This document shows, one piece after another, positions 56,133 through 64,000 of a stretch of DNA of 64,000 bases. The notes under the pieces were generated by a model that did not search any database, was not told the DNA's origin, and saw only the letters and a list, made by a program, of their open reading frames with translations. Numbering within the stretch: position 1 is the first letter of the stretch; each line of letters opens with the position of its first letter. Made by a program: the position numbers and the translations under genes. This stretch comes from Eledone cirrhosa (taxonomy: Eukaryota). The stretch covers positions 33,046,001 to 33,110,000 of the forward strand of contig OZ024751.1 in the NCBI GenBank assembly GCA_964016885.1. Reading direction: 5' to 3'.

Positions 56133-58120
56133 TACGTATCTATTTATATGTATATATGTGGGAGTCAAAAAGAAAGAAAGAGAGGGAGGGGGAGAGAGAG
56201 ATTGATAGAAAGATAGATGTATATAATGAGTAAAAGCCAGTTTAATAGCAACAACGTACAAAAACAAAAACAAAACAATTATATTGCAAGGAAAAAAAAT
56301 GCGAGTAAAACTAGCTACATTATTGAATGTCAACTTTAGCACCTTCATAGCTCGATATTGAGTAGAAAGTTTATTGCTAACACAGAATGAAAAATAATGG
56401 CTTCCGCTATTGAGCTAAAACTTTACTTTCCAGCCTTAGATTGTGAGAATGGTCATTAGATTTGTGTGTATCTACTGATAACCTTCCAAACATTCTGAAA
56501 TGTCTATTCCTGCTTCACCTTCTACGCCATTGACTAAACAACATTGAATATTATTAAACATAAACTTCATTTCAAATATTATTTTACTTTGTCAAGTGGG
56601 CACAATACCTCATAGATGGTAATTTAACAGAAACGTTAGAGAGTTGGTCAATAAGTCTTGTTTTATTTTACCGATTCCTTTCCTTCTGAGTTCCAATCCC
56701 AGCGACGTAATTTTTATTTTTATGTTTCCAAGGGTAGTAAAATTAACGTTGCGTTTGAGTAATTGTTAAGAAGCTGAACACATTCCTTTGCCGTATATGT
56801 GTCTGATCTTTATGTGCAAAACTTTATGCGATCTTACATTTCTATTGAACAGCATCAGAAACCTAGAGAGAGAATTTTTACTACGTGGGGAACAAGCTGG
56901 TCTTTCTTTAAAACAACTTAATTTAGGTCTACGGCATAATACCTTTGGTAGCATTGATCGATGACTCCATACTTTTCTAAGGAAATTTAATTGCTTCTTC
57001 TAACAGATCGATTGAAAACATAGTCTTCCAATTGATGTTGTTATCAGAGGTAACGTCGTCTTTTGGTGTGTACACGTAGGTTAGATCTGGTAAGAAATCA
57101 AAGAAATGTCATCACAAATGCATTTTAAATGTGACCAAAGAACATAATGAATATAGAAGAACAGGATCCAATTTCTCCTTTCTTTCTCAATGACTATATA
57201 TAATATGATTCGCGGGATATTTAGCTGCTATTGAAACAGGTCATAATCTAAATGACATGATTTCTAACTGAGAATTCAAACCGTGAAACTTGTTCTAGAT
57301 TACTTACTTGTGTATATTGTTCGCATGTATTATATTTGATTAAACAGAATGTGCCTATTAAGCACAATTATTGTTGCTTAGCCCCAGGTGAGCATTGATT
57401 GAGAAGACTCGTGATGAAAAGCTTTTCTACCTGAAGTATTTTGTGTATCTATAGGCATCTATGTTTACATGCATGTCTTCTATTAGGATTTCATTCTGAT
57501 CTAAGATAAATCCTGGAGATTGACCTCTGTACGTGACTGGATCTTTATTATATCAATCAGAGAAAGGAAGAAGCCTAGACTTCGGCTGCATTTGAACGCA
57601 AAACGTAGGGGATCATAATTAATTACCAGATTTACGTTGGAAAGTTTCTCACAATTCCCAACAGAAGAGTTTATTTGAGAGAGATTCGGCTATAATGCCT
57701 AGCATGACGAATAGCCACGCAGAAGCAACCCCGGGGGTTTGTTGATTAGGAGATTAGATAAGGTTTCTATCTCATTCTCAAATCTATTAACATATTAGAA
57801 ATAAAATTATATTAGATGATTTCTTCAGGTATTGAAACCCTGAAACTGTTCTGCTATGGAGTTTGCCCTTTACTCTATATCATTTGATGAATATCTACAA
57901 ATACATTATCTTATCATATTAACATTTTATCAATTAGCATTCCACATAGAATTCTGTTGCAATGTATTTCACAAGAAACAAGAAATCATAATTTATATAT
58001 TTACTTCAAGGTGAATATATATTTATACACACACAATCACATACTTATATACGCATTTACATACACACACATATACACATTTACCTACTTACATGCACCA
58101 ATAAAGAAGCGCACACAAAC

Positions 58121-58158
<38 letters not shown>

Positions 58159-58635
58159 CCTCTTAGGAATGTAAATAATTTACTATAAATAATGTCGAAT
58201 TACGGAAGATAGCTGTTTCAATTCCAGTTACAATTAACATTTACAAAGATATGTTTCTCATTTAATGAGCCTACAGCATAATTAATTTTGAAATGAATTT
58301 CTAATTTTCGTTTATTTCAGCGAAATAATAGTGTAATTTTAGTAGAATGCAATTTGTGAACAAACATATCTGGCGTGTCATGAGACGTTGAATTTAACGA
58401 AAGTTGGTCGTCTTTGTCAGTAACAACAACAACAGCAGCAAAAAAAACAACAATAACAACAACAAAAATAGTAGTCAGATATTTATTTTAAAAACTATTT
58501 TGGTTATTCGTTGTGAAATTGTAACACGAGAAAATTAAATTAATTTCTCCCCGAAAAGCCTATTCGATGACTTTAAATCGACAAAGTGCTGGAGATTGAA
58601 AGTAAAAACACGACAAACAATATTTCTATAGCAGA

Positions 58636-58763
58636 GGTTTTACCACAAGTACAGCTATGTGGTGAAATTGATCCCCTAAAACTGGTATCAATTTTATAGT
58701 AGACGGTTTACCACAAGTACAGCTATGTGGTGACAATGATCCTCAGAAACTGGTTTCAATTTC
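58636..58763. repeat. ~60-bp tandem duplication
   Basis: GGTTT(T)ACCACAAGTACAGCTATGTGGTGA...AAACTGGT.TCAATTT occurs twice. Confidence 0.9.
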
Positions 58764-60945
58764 GTCTCTGAGTTATACACTACATTTAATACCGTTAACA
58801 TCATCCAGACAACCAACTTTAAAGTTTATAACATATATTTATACGAATGTTACAACATATCTACTACAACCACTACTGCACGCACACACACATGTATACA
58901 TGTATGTATATATATATATATACTCACATATATGCATGCATACATTTGTATACGTATGTGTGTGTGATTGTGTGATTGTGTGTATGTGTGTGTGAGTTAA
59001 CTTATATGGAAATTAAAAATAAAAACCAAAGCAAATGTCATAATGAAAAAGCTCTTCTAATTTCCATGAAGAAAATGCTTATTGCTCATTTAATTAGGTT
59101 ATTAGAACTTAACAGGCTGCCGTATTCTATGAAAGAATATATTTTTTTTTAATTAAAAAAAAGAATAACGAAATATTTCCGTTATTCATATGATATTTTG
59201 TCAAGATGAATTAAATAACTATTACCTGTTGGCAATATGGATATCCTCTTTAGACTTTCCTATGTTATCAGAATAAATTTGGTGTTGTTTTTTCATTGCT
59301 TTTAAGGTTTTTTATATATTATTTGTTATAAGTTTTATTGCCAATATATCTCTTAATCGTATTTTTAACTCACTATTGATGGATGATTTCCCTCGATCAC
59401 ATCATTTTCTTTAAACGATAATTTTTGCTGATAGGCAGCTGACATTTTATTGTGACATCTAGGAGTGTTCATAGGAAAACAGTTTATGATTAATGGTGGG
59501 AGCTGTGTAAACTCTAGTGTTTCGGGCTTCACTCTTCATCTGATTGCGACGATGAGAAAATAAATGGTGATGTCAGGGGAGTTTGAACTCAATCACACTA
59601 CTATTATATGATGTGAGTATTAGCTTCATTAGTTACAGGCACCCAGTGGTTATTGATAACGGTAAGGTTAATAAGGGTGTGTCTTTGCAATTCATGCAAA
59701 ACAAATATAACAAGAAAACTTGTCAGAACCACAGCGTTCAGATTTCTTGTTGATGGTCACTGAAAGACATAACCGCGCCTGAAACCTCACAAACGAACAC
59801 AAAATACGATACATATATACACAGAAGATGGATAGATTTCGGTTCGGTCATTTTGTATTTGTACCAGTGAGTATGACCATGAGAGAATTAAAATGAAATT
59901 GTGTTTATTTCAAATGTGTGACGGCTGCATGAAGTTTCCATTGGTGGAGGTAATTGAGTGAGAGTTCTTTCAGTGATAAAGCAGAGAGTAGTTTACCAAT
60001 ATTTCAAATATTGGGATCGACTTCATTTCCTTTACAAGCTGTGAGAAGTTGAGATATTTGTTAGAAAAAATGAGAAAATATTTTTTAACATTTATTCCTG
60101 CTTTGCACTTTAATAATTCCTAACGTGGGGACAATGCCACAAGATTTAGGGGATTGTGTTAATAAATCAAATTAACTCAAGTGGTTGAGTGCTAAATTAT
60201 TTTAGCAAGCCCAGAAGGATGAAAATATAATTGTTCTCTAATAGATAATAAATAGTGATAATTATTTGATGATAAACACTTATACCAGTAGAAATTTGGT
60301 GAGAAGGTTCATCTATCTATTTATTTCCTCTTTCCTCATGTTTATCATTTTCTTCACAACATAACACTACACAATAGGTAATTTATTTCACCAACCACGT
60401 GATGAAGTTTCAACACAGAAAATAAATTGACATTAGGAAATTGGAGCGAAATTTCCTGTAGTTCTAACAGCTCTGCCAATTGCACATCTTTAATGAAACA
60501 ACTACAACAATAACAACAACAGCAACAACATCAATAACAACAACAGCATCAACAACAGCAGCAAAAATAATAATAATAGCAATAACAATAATAATAACTA
60601 TAAAATGTTATCAACAATAAATATAGCAATAGTACATGACTAAATCAGGTTTAGTTTTATTTCAAGCATTGTGTATTTCCAAAATTATGTGACATGAGGA
60701 ATACAAGGGGAGTAATAAATCTGATTTTTCTTTCGAGAACATCTCCAAGTATTGACATTATTAGAGCTGTTTCTCGTTTTCTTCTTTATTAATGTCCAGC
60801 TTTCCACCTGACCACAACATAGATTTATTATGTTTCATTGCAAACACTGAGAGATGGAGAGAGAATGAGAGTTAGTGAGAGAGAGAATGAGAGTTTGTGA
60901 GAGAGAGAGGATGAGAGTTTGTGAGAGAGAGAATGAGAGTTTGTA

Positions 60946-60976
<31 letters not shown>

Positions 60977-61232
60977 CATAAAGGGGGGGGGGGGGAGATA
61001 GAGTATGAGAAAGTGAGTGAGACGAAGCATTATATTTTCTGTTCAGTGAAGCTTAACTGTAAATCCTACATCTTACAACCTCGCCCTCCACCTCCCCATT
61101 CGCCATCATCTGGCAAACTATAATATATTTATTTTGTTTTTATATATTTATCTATCTATCTATCTATCTATCTAACTATCTATCTATCTATATGTATGTA
61201 TAAATATTTATAAATATGTATCTATCTATATG

Positions 61233-61280
<48 letters not shown>

Positions 61281-61336
61281 TATATGTATATATATCCTCA
61301 CGAAGTTTACATGCATATATATATATATGAGTGTAA

Positions 61337-61420
<84 letters not shown>

Positions 61421-61899
61421 AGAACATGTTCGTGAGTATTTCTAATAAACGAGGGCTGTGTATTCTATTGTGCTTGTGTAGGCGTGCACAGAAATATTTC
61501 AATAGTTCTTAGTTTGAATTCAAATCACAACCACACACATACACAGTTATAACTAAGCACATGTAAAATCATCGTCATACATATACATAGAAAGAGGGGC
61601 AAACACGCACATCCACGGTTTTTTCTATAATAGTTATACATATTTTGATTTATGTATCAATCAATCTGGTCACAACTCTCTCGTTTTCTCTCACTCTCAC
61701 ACGGACACACACACATACACTTACATATACATATACACACTCACATACATATATATATGTATACGTGTGTGTGTGTGTGTGTAGGTATGTGTATGTATAT
61801 ATGAAGTATAAATGCATCTATATATGTAGGTATGTGTATGTGTGTAGAAATATATATATATACAGAGATAGAGAGAAAGTGTAAAGGAAAGAGAGAGGG

Positions 61900-61979
<80 letters not shown>

Positions 61980-62587
61980 AGGACAGGGTTAGGGTATGAT
62001 TCCTTCTATCTGAATTTGGTAAGTGGGAAACACTTCAAGCAACAGTCTATCCTCCTAATTTGAAAACTGAAACTACACACAGTGGTGTGTTTGATGGGGG
62101 TGTTGCAACACAGACAAGAGAGATAACTCATATAACATTGGCTGATCCAAATAATTTGGAACAATTTTAAATACATAAGTGGGGGATGGGGCATGCCTGT
62201 AAACCAATGTGAACCTAATATTGCACTGATTAAGTATATCAACGATGGGTAAGGTGGAAATGCTGAATCTCGCTAGCTGAGTATTGTGAGTAGGGCGATA
62301 TTTCAATAAAGGGAGACTATCTTCGCAATTTCAAGGGCGAATCTGTTTTTAGTGGTGTTAAGTCAATGGGGTGACACACTGGGTGGGTTAGTGATAGCTA
62401 TTAGAGACAGTGGAGATCCAGATTACCTAAGGATGTCCAACACCTTCATGTAAACTACCTCATCAATTTCAGTAATTTTCGATGTGCTACACCCTTCATA
62501 CCTGTGGATTATCAACTCACACCGAACTTACACTTTACTTTGCCAAACATATATACTCGTGTATATATATATATATATATATATATT

Positions 62588-62847
62588 CTAAGGCGGGTAA
62601 AATTTCCGAGATCCATGGACGAGTTCTCTCCAGCGGTCTCTGTACCTCATTATCCCTGCCATGTCCTGCGTCTCCAACAGACCAGTGTCTGTCCTTAGAG
62701 CATCAACATACGTTAACCTTGGTCTTCCTCTTCCAGTGTGTCCATGTAGGGGCTCCCACAGGGGCACTGAGTGCAATGTCAAATCTGGATGTCCGAGAGC
62801 ATGTCCAGCTAACCTCAGTCTCCTCTGTGTCACTTTTGAGCTGACTT
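62588..62847 (-). mobile_element. 3' end of an RTE-group (RTE/RTEX/Proto2-like) LINE
   Basis: ORF TQRRLRLAGHALGHPDLTLHSVPLWEPLHGHTGRGRPRLTYVDALRTDTGL...DRWRELV carries the RLRLAGH / RGRP / DRxxW LINE C-terminal motifs. Confidence 0.9.
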
Positions 62848-62850
62848 GTC

Positions 62851-63026
62851 ATTGCTGTAGTGGAGTCTGTGCTACTGTGCGGGTCTGAGACTTGGACACT
62901 GACCAACAAACTCACTCAGATGGTGGATGGGTGCTACAAGAGAATGCTGAGGATGGCTCTGAACATTAATCAGTATACACTGAGGGTGTAAAACTCAAAG
63001 CTGTATGGTAGCCTCCCAAAAGTCAG

Positions 63027-63029
<3 letters not shown>
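62851..63029 (+). mobile_element. Inverted upstream segment of the same LINE
   Basis: Manual translation IAVVESVLLCGSETWTLTNKLTQMVDGCYKRMLRMALNINQYTLRV*NSKLYGSLPKVS (LLYGxETW motif), which normally lies immediately before the minus-strand segment. Confidence 0.9.
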
Positions 63030-63070
<41 letters not shown>

Positions 63071-64000
63071 ATATATATATATATACATTGATGATCCACA
63101 GGTATGAAGGGTGTTAGAGTGCCGCGGACCAACGGCTGAGTGTTTGCCGTTTCAACATCAAATATATATATAGATACATATATATGTATGTATGTATGTA
63201 TGTATGTGTGTGTATGTATGTGCGTATATATGTATATTCGTGTATCTGTGTGTATATGTGCGTGGTTGCAGGTGTACACACATACACACACATTTACATA
63301 TGTACGTGTGTGAGATCGGAATATTTGCACTTGTTAATCTCTAGAATGTATGTATGATGTGTGAAATTATTTTTGACTGATATTTCTGATAAATAACCGC
63401 TATCTATTTATCTTTACATAAATATACAACAAATGTATATTCCATAATTGTAATGCATACATTATCATTTCTTGACGTTTTAACAATTCCCCACAATGTT
63501 TTTGTGGGTTTTTTTTATAATAGGAGGTGGTGGAGGTGTGATATTCTTCTACAAATCTGATCTGATAATATGATTTATTAGTTAAAGGAAATTTTTATAT
63601 ACGTTTGTGTAGAGAAATAGAATGATATTAATCTACCTCTAATGACCTTGATGTAGCTGCTGCAGTGACCTCGCTATTTCTTCCTTCTGTCTCTATTTTG
63701 TCTTTTTCGGAGTTTATTATGTGTTTTACATAAAGATCGATATTGATATAGTAAAATATAAAACAAAATATACAAAAATACTATATAAACAATAATGACA
63801 CTAACTTACAGTTATGTCTAAATTCCCGATAGTTGGCGCCTACATTGCGTGTGTAGAGGAAGACTCCTCACAACGATATATTAAGTACTGGCTCAATAGA
63901 AGAATATCAAGAGATGAACACGAAAATTTAAATGAAAGACAGAGAAAAATACATTTGTTCAACGAATCGAACTATGTTAACATGGCTGTGGTGGTTAGGA

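Noticed and set aside
62000-62540. Possible decayed Penelope RT/GIY-YIG coding fragment
   Set aside because: Only vague Cys-rich similarity across broken frames; needs BLASTX.

Overview
AT-rich, microsatellite-saturated animal genomic DNA, almost entirely intronic or intergenic. The SINE families and repeat landscape suggest an octopus or other coleoid cephalopod; this is an inference from pattern recognition, not a database match. Nearly all ORFs in the track are translations of (TA)n, (CA)n, (GA)n, (GGT)n or (AAC)n repeats. The recognisable content is transposon-derived. It includes a Tc1/mariner transposase remnant, two TIR MITEs, many tRNA-derived SINE copies (three with clear target-site duplications), RTE-group LINE fragments (one with a twin-priming-type 5' inversion), a short non-autonomous RTE derivative with a candidate HDV-like ribozyme, Penelope-like remnants with hammerhead cores and long inverted repeats, and several minisatellites. 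One tentative host gene start lies on the minus strand (about 47.7-52.1 kb). No complete protein-coding gene, rRNA, true tRNA or CRISPR array is supported. The best novelty leads are the ribozyme-bearing short retroelements, the inverted LINE and the tentative gene start.
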